NCBI GenBank assembly: GCA_017654855.1
Contig: JAFMPO010000001.1
Coordinates: 1,178,001-1,241,515, forward strand
Direction of reading: 5' to 3'
DNA from: Podospora anserina
Taxonomy: Eukaryota
Length of the DNA: 63,515 nucleotides
The number at the start of each line of letters is the position of its first letter. The stretch's first letter is position 1. Positions 46,130-58,500 of this stretch are shown here, piece after piece. The translations under genes were made by a program, and so were the position numbers. Below the pieces are notes generated by a model. That model was not told the origin of the DNA, did no database searches, and was given only the letters and a program-made list of their open reading frames with translations.

Positions 46130-49075
46130 AATCTTACTATCCCTTTATCTATTTTCCTTTAATTAGAAAGAAAAGTACCCTTACTTTTCGGATCTTAAAG
46201 TATATTTCCGTCCCTATCGAACCATTATAATTAATAACCTAATAACCTTCTCCTTTCGTTTCTAAAGAACTTTAGGAGCTTACTCCTATCTTATAAAATT
46301 AAATATATAATTAAATAAAAAATATATTATTAACGATCCTAAATAATTATAAGTAAGGGGATAGATAATTATAAGCCTAAAGAGGAGCGGTAAGTTTATT
46401 ATTATAGGAGTACGGAACTTAAAGGGGGTTACTATCCTATTTAATTATTAAGAGTTACTTAATATATTACTTAATTTAAATCTTTTATAATTAAAGGGAA
46501 GACCTACGACGTATTTATTTCCCTTAATAATAATAATTAAAGTTAATAGAGAATTAAAGAGGGAAGTAAACCGGGGAATTAATAGAGATTTAAAAGGAAA
46601 CGAAAGGGTATTTAGTAGGTTAAATCCTTCCGCGTTTATTAAGTTTTCCAGGCCCCTCCTCCTCTATTTCTTATTACGTACCCTTTAATTAGGCTTATAA
46701 CCCAAAAACCTTTTTATATAAATTATTTATAACTTTATTATTTTTTTCCCTATAACGCCCACGGTCTTATAATCTTTATAATAATAATCTCCTTTTTAAA
46801 CTTTTATTACCGTTAAATCCTCCTCTTTACCGTACGAAATACCTTCTTAAAAATAAGTATAGTAGTACTTTAAAATTTAAAAACTATATTCTTACGCCCC
46901 GCCCTATTTACCGTAAATTAGCCTCCTCACTTTTACGTTAAGGCTATAGTAAAAAATATAACGGATATAAAATATTAAATAAAAAATAATATTAGTTTAA
47001 TACCCCTTTTAATCCTTTAACGAATCTATATAAATTAAAATATTAATAATAACGTTATAAATACTTATTACTTAATAACTTCCGTTATTAATATAAATAA
47101 AGAGGACTTAGTATCGTCGGTTAAAAGCATTATAATTATCGTTAAATAGGAAAAAGCGTATCGACGACTTTATTATAATAAGGTTTAGAGGCTCTCTAGG
47201 GATCTATATATAATATTCGAGGATTTTTTAAAAAGAGTACCGAAAAGCGTAAGTAAGGACCGAGTTAATAAACTACTATTTAACTTTTAATTAATTTTAA
47301 AAATTATATATAACGTAAGTAAGGGAAGTTATATAAATACTATAAATATAAGTCCGATTAGGGAGAATCGTTATTTTTAAATTAAAAAAAAAATATTTAA
47401 TAATATTAATCGAAAATTATTTTACGAAAATAATATTAATTTAGTCGGGTTACCTTCCTATAATATAATTTCCTAGGTCGGTAATTAAATTAAGGTTAAA
47501 ACGAATAAGCTAAAGAGTATTATCGCTTTAGGGAAGGAAAATACCGCGCGAGGGATTAGAGCTATAGACCTTATCGATACCTTAAAGGTACGCTTTCCGA
47601 ATAATCTCTTTAACGAGATTATTAAGAGGGCCGAATTTTTTAGTAGTAATAAATTCTTTTTATAATATATTATAAATAGACTTTATAAAAAGCGTTAATA
47701 ATATCGTTTTATAAGAATTAAGAGGAAATAGTGTATAATATAATTTATAATTAAAAGGTTATTGAGAGGGAAGTAAGGAATTTTTTTAGAATAGAGAGTT
47801 AAAGAAGGAAAAAGATCTTCGGTAAGTCTTTATTCTTTATTATTTATTTAATTTATAAAGTAAGATTATTAGATAGTTACGTAAGCCGTTTAAAGAGGAA
47901 AGAGCGCTCTAATAAGTTTCCTTTCTATAGAGGTTTATAAGACTAGTTACACTATCCTATCCTTTAATTATAAATATTTATATTAATTCTTTTTATTTCC
48001 GTTTACTCTTTATTTTTTTTAATATTTATTAACCGCTTCCTCCTAATAACCTTTTCTTTAAAGAAACCTACTACTTTATCCGATTAAGTAATCGACGACC
48101 TTACTATTTAAGTATTTACGACCTCTTTCGTTAAAAATTTTTTTAGTTAAGTCGAAAGAATTTTTAATTTTATTACGTACGATTAATCCGAAATCGCTAT
48201 AGACTTTATTTAAAAGCCTTTATTTATTACTTTTATTTATTATTCTATTAACCTTATTTGTACTTTTAATAATTAAGGTGTTATTTATAAAAGGTATATT
48301 TAAGTTCGGTATCCTACTTACGTTTATAATTTTATTATATTTAAAAATATTAATATTTATTATAATATTTTTTTTCCCTATTAAATTATTCTTTAGTACT
48401 TTAAGATTTCCCTTCTAAATTCTAAATATATAGTTACTTCCCTTTACTTTAAATAGTTCCTCTTTAATCCGACGAAGAAAGGGAGTAAAAAAAAGTAATA
48501 ATTACTTTTTAAAAATATTAATATAGATAAAATTATTATTAATTATATTTTTAAAACGTTATTAACCGGTTCCGTTAAACGGATTTTCGTTAAATAGTTT
48601 AATGGGTAGTTCTTCGGATATTAGTTCTTCGAAATCGTTAAACGGACTTATCGCTTTAAAAATTTATTTATTTAAATTACCGGGTTACTATAAATACCGC
48701 CCCCTTAATTAAACTTAGTTTAATATTAATATATTAAATTTAATTATACTAATCTATATAATAAATATAATTAAAACTATCATTAGTTTTTCGTAACATT
48801 TCCCGATAGGATTAAAATTAAAGTAATATAGTTATACTTCGGTTATATAAGAAAAAAGGACTTCGATTAAAAATACGGAAACTACTAGTATAAGGATATT
48901 TATTACTTATAGTTTAATATTAATAAGGATAGGCTTTACTTTAAGGATTTTAATAGTAATAGGTTATCGAAGTTAAATTATAGTACCGTAAACTTAATTC
49001 TTAATAGTAAGGAAGTCGATTAGGATTAAAAGTAAGAAGAATAGCGGGCTAAGTATAAAGAGTTTAAAAAATAGT
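46130..49075 (-). pseudogene. Long RIP-degraded ORF-like relic of unknown family, downstream of Gypsy integrase
   Basis: Minus-strand frames read as protein-like with TAA/TAG stops consistent with RIP (e.g. KFGPLNNLVKEIIRKAYL*GIDKVYSSNPSRGIFLP; DRSKLLKFFRNERRRLLG). No recognisable motif. Confidence 0.4.
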
Positions 49076-49081
49076 AAATAA

Positions 49082-49118
<37 letters not shown>

Positions 49119-49249
49119 ATAGTCTTTTTTTTTTTTAAATTAAAGAAAGGGGTATAAAGAAAGGAGTAAATCGGAAAAAGAAATAATAGGAAAAGAAAAA
49201 AAAAATTTAAAAATTTAATATAATAATCTTTATTTTAATTAATTACTTT

Positions 49250-52213
49250 TTTTAATATCTTTTTTTCTTTTAAAAATAAATAGTTCCTATAGTTCTATTC
49301 TTATAATATAAGTTTTAGTACCTTTTTAAAGAAAAATAATAATTATAATACTTTCGTTATTATCTCCCCCTAATTATTTAAAAAGTCCTTTAATTTACCT
49401 TTTTTTAAAACTATTTTTATACTTTTACCCTTCTTAAATCTTTTCTATACTTTAATATTTTTCCGTTTTATTTAAATTTTCCCCTTAATTATTATTCTCT
49501 TTAATATTTTTTTTACTATCTTTTTTTCTTTATCCTTATCTTCCACTATATTTATACTTTCCTTTATTTTATTCCTAGGTACCTATTTAATTTTCCCGAG
49601 TTCTAGCTATATATCCGTATCCTTTTTATTTATATATATATTTTTTAATTTAAAAAACTTCTTTACCTTATTTAACGTATAAGAAATTTATAATAGTACG
49701 CTATTTAGTATCTCTAGGAAATAATAAATATTATTTAATTCGATTTTCCTTATTCTAAAAGGGCCGTCCTAGCGATATTATAACTTCCTTACTATATTTA
49801 TATCTAACTTTCTATCTATTTAATATATTAATATTAAGTCCTTCTTTTTAATTATATTATTTTTAGGCCTAATATTATGAATCCCTTTTTTATTTTTTTT
49901 TATTACGGTTTTCTATTTTATTATACTAACCCTTTTAATTATTAGAATTAAATTTATTTTTTAGGATTTTAATAATTTCGCCCTTACCTTTATTAAATCT
50001 ATAGTCGCTCTCTCCTTTTAATATTTCTTTAATCTATCGAAATTAATTTTTTTTTACTAAATAACTTTTTATAACGGTACGTCCTTTTCGATCGGCGTAA
50101 TAGGGTTAAACCTATATACTAAATAAAAAGTATTATACTTATAAATATTTCGTATTATAATCTTATTAGTAAATAATATATAAGGGAGTTACTATTTTTA
50201 TTTTTTTCCCGTCCTATCCGTTATTTTTATTAGTATTAATATAATTAAAATATAATTAAATTCCGTTACTCTATTTGCTTTTACGTTATAAAGTAAAACT
50301 ATTATCCGAAAAACTCTTAGCCTCTTTAAAATCTTAATAACTTCCTTTTTAAATTTTAATCCACCGTCTATTACTATAATTAAAGGGTAACCTTATTTAA
50401 GGATAATATTATATAGAATAAAATTTTTAACCCCAAAAACTTTACTTAAATTTAAGACCTTCGCTTCTAGATACTTAATTAAATTATCTTTCGCTTTTAA
50501 AAAATAAATTTTTTTTCCCGAAACCGTTAATAAAAACTAAACGTTTAAATATTATTTTATAAATAAAGTAATTAAAGGCTTAATATATAAATACTAATCT
50601 TCCTAACGTTTCGGGCTCCATTATTAATATTATTTATATATTTTAATCTAAGCCTCGACGTTAGCGTATATACTTTTCTAATAATAGTTTTTTATTATTC
50701 GGGTATAGGTAACTTCCTATCCTTTATAGCCCATCTCGTTATAATATATATTAAAGATTCTTTCCCGCTCGATTAAAGGGTTAATAATTCTCCTAAGGGG
50801 AAAGCCTCTTTTATTTAACTTAAAAAATAAAACTCCGTTTTCGAGAATTATTTTTAGGGCGTTATTTTTAATAGTTTAAACGTTAAACCTCGTTTTAGTC
50901 CTTAGCTCCGTACTAGTCGCGAGAAACTCGGTAATAGTATAAAAATAAGGAAATTATAATCTATTTAAGTAGGGGCTTTACTTAATAACTTCCTTTTTTT
51001 TCTTCCTAATATTTACCTGTTAAATATTTATTTCCTAGATATCGTTTTTCTAGATCCTTACGTTAACCTTATTATTAATATCTAATTTTAATTCCTTCTC
51101 CTTTAGATTAAAGGGGTTAAATAGCTTTCTCGATAGTGCGTTTACTATAAGGTTTTTACTTTTAGGGATATAAATAATTATAAAGTCGAAAAGTTTAATC
51201 TATTTTAATTATTTTATTATTAAAGTACCGGAAACGTTATTAGCCGCCCCCTGGACTTAATAGACTACTATTTAAACGTCCGTTTCTACCGTAAAGTATA
51301 CCCCGAAAAAATACCTTCTAAATTTCCTTAAAGTATATAATAATCCTTTTAACTCCCTCTTAATAATATTATACCTTTATTTAGCCGGGCTCTAAATACT
51401 ATTTTTAAATCGATAAAAGTACCGTTTTCTATTAGGTCCTATTTATTTAATTACTACTCCTTACTCCGTTAAGCTTATATTAAAAATAATAAAGATTTTA
51501 TTAAAACGGTTATTATTAAACGTTAAAGAAGTTAAATATAGTATTTTTATAATTAAAAAGGTAAGTTACTTTATTATACTCTATTAAACTTCTATCTATT
51601 CCTATTTTGTATCCTTCCTTATTAAGAAATATAGCGGAACTGCGATTAGATTAAAGAGAGGTACCTATAGCCGATAGTAGCCGGTAATCTTTAGGAAGGC
51701 ACGAATATCCTTAAAACTATAGTAAGTTCGCTATTCCCTTATTTTTACTATCTTTATTTAATTAAGGAGGCGCCCGTCCGGTATATAGGAATAGCTAAAA
51801 ATAATAGCTTCCCGTTTATATTAAAGGGATTTTACGGCTATAATTATAGCTCCTATAAGTTTATAGTTAAGTAAGACTATATTAATATTCTTTAAATACT
51901 TTAGGACTTACTTTTTAATTCCTAACTTTTTTTCTTTACTATTATAGTCCTACCTTAGCCCTTTTACTACGATATTATTTAGGTATAGCCGATATATTTA
52001 TAGGATAAAATCTTAAAAGACTTTAGTTACAGTTTTTTAGAACTGGGTTACTAAGTTAGTAGTTCCTTAAGGTAGGGTATATATCCTAAATAGGCCGATA
52101 AATATCGCGAAAGTAATAAAGTTTCGGCTTGTTAAAGCTAATTTAATTTAATTATATCCGGAAAAAAAGTTAAGTAAGGAAGTAATAAGGTACCCTATCA
52201 GCTATTCTCCGAT
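49250..52213 (-). mobile_element. RIP-mutated Ty3/Gypsy pol relic (RT-RNaseH-integrase), 5'-truncated inside RT
   Basis: RT: LL(D)FFSGY(D)(Q)I, TLP(Q)G.TN, YL(DD)IVVKG at ~51971-51985. RNase H: LRKFRRYFFG..FTVETD. Integrase: (H)(D)EMG(H)KG, VDGG.(E)FK, YN.KAN..E, and R(W)DGPFRI at the C-terminus. Domain order is Gypsy type. Confidence 0.9.
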
Positions 52214-52232
52214 GGATTGTAGTACAATCCGT
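52212..52232. other. Terminal palindrome ATGGATTGTA-G-TACAATCC(A/G)T marking the left end of the TLH unit (second copy at 45004-45024)
   Basis: Perfect 8-bp arms GGATTGTA/TACAATCC at 52214-52230; combining the two copies gives 10-bp arms. Lies where the Gypsy RT frame stops. Confidence 0.8.
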
Positions 52233-52297
52233 TGAAAAGCGCACCAAAAAAAAGGCCCCACTTTAGAAACAGGGGGTAGGATCCGTTAAAGAATTCA

Positions 52298-53650
52298 GTT
52301 GTACGATCCGATGGGATTTCTCCCGTCAAAATAAAAAGTAAAGATAGCATTAGAATCGCCTGGACGAGCTGCACAGAATGGTATAAGGTGCATTATCGTA
52401 CGAGCGGTGTGGAATTGTAAGTAAAAGATGTGAAGTTAGGTATAAGTATGCTGGTAATGTACGTGGATAGTAAAGTGAGGTTGGGTGATGGAAGGGTAAG
52501 TTGTACGATCCGATGGGATTTCTCCCATTAATATAAAAAGCAAAGATACTATTAGAATTGCCTAAACGAGCTACACAGAATAGTATAGGGTGTATTATCG
52601 TACGAGCGGTGTGGAATTGTGAATAGTAGATATAAAGTTAGGTATAAGTGTATTAGTAATATACGTAAATAGTAAAGTAAGGTTGGGTAATAGAAAAGTA
52701 AGTTATACGATCCGATAGGATTTCTCCTATTAAAATAAAAAGTAAAGATACTATTAGAAATAACTAAACGAGTTATATAGAATAGTATAAGGTGTATTAT
52801 TGTACGAGCGGTATAGAATTATAAGTAAAAAATATAAAGTTGGGTATAAATATACTAGTAATATACGTAGATAGTAAAGTAAGGTTGGGTAATGGAAGGG
52901 TAAGTTGTACGATCCGATAGGATTTTTCCCGTTAAAATAAAAAGTAAAGATAGTATTAAAATTGCTTGAACGAGTTACATAGAATAGTATAAGGTATATT
53001 ATTATACGAGCGGTATAGAATTATAAATAAAAGATATAAAGTTGGGTATAAGTATATTAGTAATGTACGTGGATAGTAAAGTGAGGTTAGGTAATGGAAA
53101 GGTAAGTTGTACGATCCGATAGGATTTCTCCTATTAATATAAAAAATAAAGATACTATTAGAATTGCTTAAACGAGTTATATAGAATAGTATAGGGTATA
53201 TTATCGTACGAGCGGTATAGAATTATAAATAGTAAATATAAAGTTAGGTATAAGTATGCTAGTAATGTACGTAAATAGTAAAGTAAGGTTGGGTAATAGA
53301 AAAATAAGTTATACGATCCGATAGGATTTCTCTTATCAAAATAAAAAGCAAAGATACTATTAGAAATAATTAAACGAGTTGTATAGAATAGTATAAAGTG
53401 TATTATTGTACGAGCGGTATAGAATTATAAATAAAAAATATAAAGTTAAGTATAAATATATTAGTAATATACGTGGATAGTAAAGTGAGGTTAGGTAATG
53501 GAAAGGTAAGTTATACGATCCGATAAAATTTCTCCCGTTAAAATAAAAAGTAAAGATATTATTAAAATTACTTAAACGAGTTGTATAAAATAATATAGGG
53601 TATATTATTGTATAAGCGGTATAGAATTATAAATAAAAAATATAAAATTA
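52298..53650 (+). repeat. Tandem array of a 202-bp unit, ~6.7 copies (helicase-associated-repeat-like)
   Basis: (G/A)TACGATCCG recurs at 52301, 52503, 52705, 52907, 53109, 53311 and 53513, an exact 202-bp period. Copies differ mostly by C>T and G>A. Confidence 0.95.
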
Positions 53651-54422
53651 ATCGACTTTTATTATTATACGATTTATTTAATTATCGGAATTATTAATAA
53701 CTATAGGCTCCTAGCTCTCTTTCGCCGCTCCTTTATTTCCCTTGCTTTTTTTTTCGGCTTTAGTACCGCTTTATTTAGCGGTATAGAAACTATATTTACT
53801 ACCGTAATTCCTCCACTTATAATTACTATAAACACTACCCTAGTACCTATCTGTCGTACGATAATCTTTAAACGGCCCTCTATTAGGCTTGCTAGTATAG
53901 GTAGTATAGGGAGAGGTAGCTACTAAACCACGGCTCTAAATTAAAACTATATTTAAGTAGCTCGGACGAGCTAGTACTTTAGCCCCCTTTACTTTGCCGG
54001 GGACGTATTCGATATCGGCCGATAGTAGAGCCGAAATTATTTATTATATCTCCTATATATTTATTAATTTAAATATTATTATACGGGAAAAATATATATT
54101 AATATTAATATAGAAGCTATTTATTAGGCTCTTAATATAAGGTTAATTAGTATCGATAACCTCGTACGAGCTACGGGTAGTAAAGATAAGAGTTATTTTA
54201 AATATTTATTTAAAAGTTAATTAATTTATACGATTAAAAGTTTATTAGAAAAGGGCTTTAATTAAAATTAAACTTATACCTTTAGAAACTTTAAGACCGT
54301 ATATACCGTTTAATTATTATACTTTAAGATCTTTATATTACCTCTTAGGCGATAATACTAGTAAACAATAAATTTATAAACCCCGTATAAGAATTATATA
54401 ATACTTTTTTACTATTATATAA

Positions 54423-54487
54423 TATTCTATTATACGATATTTATATTATTCTATTGTACGATATTTATATTATTCTATTATACGATA
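54423..54487 (+). repeat. 24-bp tandem repeat, ~3 copies (tattctattRtacgatatttatat)
   Basis: Directly visible; contains the ATTRTACGAT motif. Confidence 0.8.
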
Positions 54488-54539
54488 AGCCTACTATATA
54501 ACCGTCCGGGAACTAAATATCTATATCTTTTAATTAAAC

Positions 54540-55440
54540 CTTATCGTACGGTACCTAGATAGCTTAATCGGAATAATAAGGCTATATTATATAGCTAGCC
54601 TGTCGAGGGATTTAGAAGAAAAGGCCTGCTTTGCAGACCCAGACCCCGGCAACCGCACGCCACTGCCTTCCTGCCGAGGCATGCCCTGACCATCGTACGG
54701 GACTAGCAACTATACGCCACTGCCTTCCTGCCGAGGCATGCCCTGACTATCGTACGGCACCCAGACGCTTTGATCGGAATAATAACGCTTTGTTGCAAAG
54801 CTAGCCTGTCGAGGAATTTAGAAGAAAAGGTCCGCTTTTAAAGACCCAGATCCGGCAACCGCACCCCACTACCTTCCTGCCCAGGCATGCCCTGACCATC
54901 GTACAGCACCCAGACGCCTTAATCGGAATAACAAGGCTCTATTACATAGCTAGGCAGTCGAGGTAGTTGGAAGAAATGGTCCCAGATCCTCGCAGCCGCA
55001 CGCCACTGCCTTCGCGCCCAGGCGAGCCTTACCTACCGTACGGGACCCAGACGCCTGGATCGGAATAACAAAGCTCTATTGTATAGCTGGGCAGTCGAGG
55101 TAGTTAGAAGAAATGGTCCTAGATCCTCGTAGCCGTACGCCACTGCCTTCGTGCCTAGGCGAGCCTTGCCTACCGTACGGGACCTAGACGCCTGGATCGG
55201 AATAATAAGGCTCTATTGCACAGCTGGCCTGTCGAGGGATTTGGAAGAAAAGGCCTGCTTTGGAGGAAAAGGTCTGCTTTTACAGACCTAGACCCCGGTA
55301 ACCGCACGCCACTGCCTTCCTGCCCAGGCACGCCCTGACTATCGTATAGGACTGGCAACCGCACCCTACTGCCTTCCTGCCTAGGCACGCCCTAACTATC
55401 GTACGGGACCCAGACCCCGGTAACCGCACGCCACTACCCT
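54540..55440 (+). repeat. GC-rich modular tandem repeat (A module ~80-90 bp plus B module 57 bp) immediately upstream of the TLH frame
   Basis: ATCGGAATA recurs at 54567, 54773, 54922, 55059 and 55196. The B module gcaaccgcacgccactgccttcctgcc.aggcatgccctgaccatcgtacggga is repeated about 8 times. Confidence 0.9.
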
Positions 55441-55571
55441 TATCCACTTACACGTAACCCACTCTACCTTTAATAAAGTATCCTTTTCCAAAAAAACTTA
55501 CTAATAAACTTTAATTTAACAATATCTCGTATCGTATATAACTATTACATTACTATTAATACTATACTAGA

Positions 55572-58500
55572 ATAGACCCTTTTATTTATATTTCCCGCTT
55601 TTAAATTTTTATTTGTAGGAAATGTAAGGTGGCTATTCTTATAAATAAGGTGCTTACTTATCTTCGTACGTCCTATAAAGATATTATAGTTGTGGATAGA
55701 CTAGATATTGTACGAGAGTATAATAATTTACTGGCGGTCTTTCGAAAATAATAAGACTTAATAAACTTTATATTTCCTTTTACGGTAATTAACCTAATTC
55801 CAGAACTGGGGAAGCTTTCTTCTAATAGATTAAAGTGCGATACTTACGCTTATATCGTACGGACTAAGAGGGCGATATAGGAGTACTACCGTACGAAGTA
55901 CGATTAGGTTAACCCTAATATAAAAGGGAGAAATATTAAAGTAGTTTAATAATATTAAGGACTTTAAATAATTAGGATATATTATTAATAGTTTTTTAAA
56001 AGCCGGTTAGTTATTAGATATTTTAAGGTACGATTAACGGAGCTGGTAGCCGGGAGTCCTGACCTTATATAATAAACTTAAAGATAAAAAAAATAGTTTA
56101 TAGTATTTTATTATACGATTAGTTTAATCCTTTAATAAATATTAATAATTATTATAGTAAATAAGGGACGATTAACTTTAAATCTTTAATTAAATAGGAT
56201 AGGTTGGGTATATTACTTTAGGTTTTTAGACCGGCAAACCGTATATCGTTCGACCTTTCTTAATTTAAACGAGAGATAGTTAAATAGTAAAAATCTAGTT
56301 ACCTTTATGGTCCTTTATAAAATTTAGGAAAGGATTAATTAAATTACTACCGATATAATAGTAAAGTCGTTGTCCAATAAAGTTAGTTACCTAGTTTTAT
56401 TCGAGGTTAATAAAAAAACGATTAATTAAAAACCCTTTAAACCTTTTAATAATAGTAATTTAGTCCTTCGTATAATATAAAAGTATTTTTTTATTTAAAA
56501 AAGGATTTTTAGGTATATTTACCGTATATAGAGTTAGGATTAATAGGATCGGCTACCGTACGATTTAAACGTTAGTTAGATAAGAAGTTTAGAGATTATT
56601 ATATAAGTAGTATAGGAGTTTTACTACGGTAACGATAAGGCCGGTAGAGAGTTACTAAATTAGATACTTATCGATTTTTTTATTAGACTTTTAGATTATC
56701 CTTTCCTATAGTCGTTATACGAAAACGCTTTCCTCTTTACCCTAGCTGCTATAGCCCTAAAGGATAATAAAAGGTAGTATACCCCGTCCGACTTTATACT
56801 ACTCCTCTCTACTATCGTTACTTTTAATAAAGTTTTTATCGTACGACACTTACTTTACGAGTTTGCCCGGCTGGAAGAGGTAAGCAAAAAGCTTAGTCTC
56901 TTTAATATCGTCCGCTTTAAAGTCTCGAGGTTTATAACTAAGGTTTATTAAAGTAACTACCCTACACCGATAGACTGGGTTTTGGAGGCTCGTACGTATA
57001 ATATAATTATTAATAGCTTTACGGTATCCGAAGGTAGGCTTACGTTTAACGGTACTACTATTATATATTAAAATATCTTTATTACTATTAACGCCCTGGC
57101 CGAAATAATGTATATTCTAGTTAATAAAATTAATTATATAGTCTAGGACCTAACTTTTTCGTTAATATCGGGTATTTTTATTCCGGAAATTCCTTAAAAT
57201 AATTTAAAGAATAATATAAGTTAGGATAAAATTGGGTATTCCTTTCTTTCCGATCTTAGTAATATATGTTTTTAGCGGCCTTAGAATTAAATTGTATGAC
57301 GAATTACCGAAAATCTTTTCTTTATTTAACTTTAGTTAAGAGAATAGGGTAATAGTTATATTTATTATACGACCGAGGCCTAGTCGTATCTGGACCGGGT
57401 AGATAGGTTCCGATCCCTCCTTTTTATTACTGTTTATTTATTAGTAGGGTTACCGCTTTATACGATAAAGCTTTTAAGTATAAGGTTCTACAATATACCG
57501 GTTAGAGGGCTTAAAAATATATTTATTTAGTACGGTATAGTCGTAATCGTATTACGGTATAATAAAGGATTAAGCTATACCGGATAGTTAAAAGTTATTT
57601 ATTACTATTTCCTAAGGGAGCTAGGTATAAGCGTCGTACAATACCTTTAATTTATCCACCCCTTTTACCTTAGTTTATAATACTAACTTAACGGAGCCTT
57701 TATCCCTACCCTATTCTTCTAGGATTCTAAATTTATACGGCTATTTAAAGATATTAAGTTTGGGGGTGCCGGCCAAGGTATATCCTCCGGTAACCTAAAA
57801 AATTAATAGTCGTTCAATAAAGTTAGCCGGGCCTTCGTATTGTATATAAAGCGCTACCTCGGATTTAAAATTAATATTCGGCCCTAACGTTATATTACCG
57901 TAGGTATTACCTGCTAATTTCTTACTTATTTTATTCTAAAAAGTTTATTAGAAAATAAGATAGTACCGTCGTCCGATGATTATGACGGGTTTGATTTTAG
58001 TTGCGACGAGGATAACGAAAATAAGGGCTTTAATCCTATTATTGCGGCCTAAACCGGCTACTCGGAAAGGATTACTGGAATGGTATATGCTAGGTATATT
58101 GACTAGGGAAGGTTGGGGTATACCGTACGATAATAGCGGTTTATAAAGCTTAGTTAGTTATAGCATTAGTTATTTACCTTCGGCTCGGATAATACTTTAA
58201 CCCTCTAGTAAATTAAAATTAATTTCTTTTAGAACTAACGTTATACTATACGGTAGGGACGACTCCGGTACTTAGTTAACTTTAATATTAAGGGCTATTT
58301 CCGTTAAATGTTTAATAATTTTAATATTAGTTTTAAGGGTAACTAGCGTAAGGTATTAATTTTTATTATATAAGGGTTTAGCTTAATCCTTTATATTACC
58401 GGGATAAGTAGTGGAAAAAGTATTATTTTCCTACTCCTAGCTTATTATACGAAGGACGGGGTTATTATTATTATTTTTCTTTTTATAGTACTATAAGAGG

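Noticed and set aside
52298-55440. CRISPR-like array interpretation of the tandem repeats
   Set aside because: Eukaryotic context, units are fully repeated with no unique spacers, and no cas genes.
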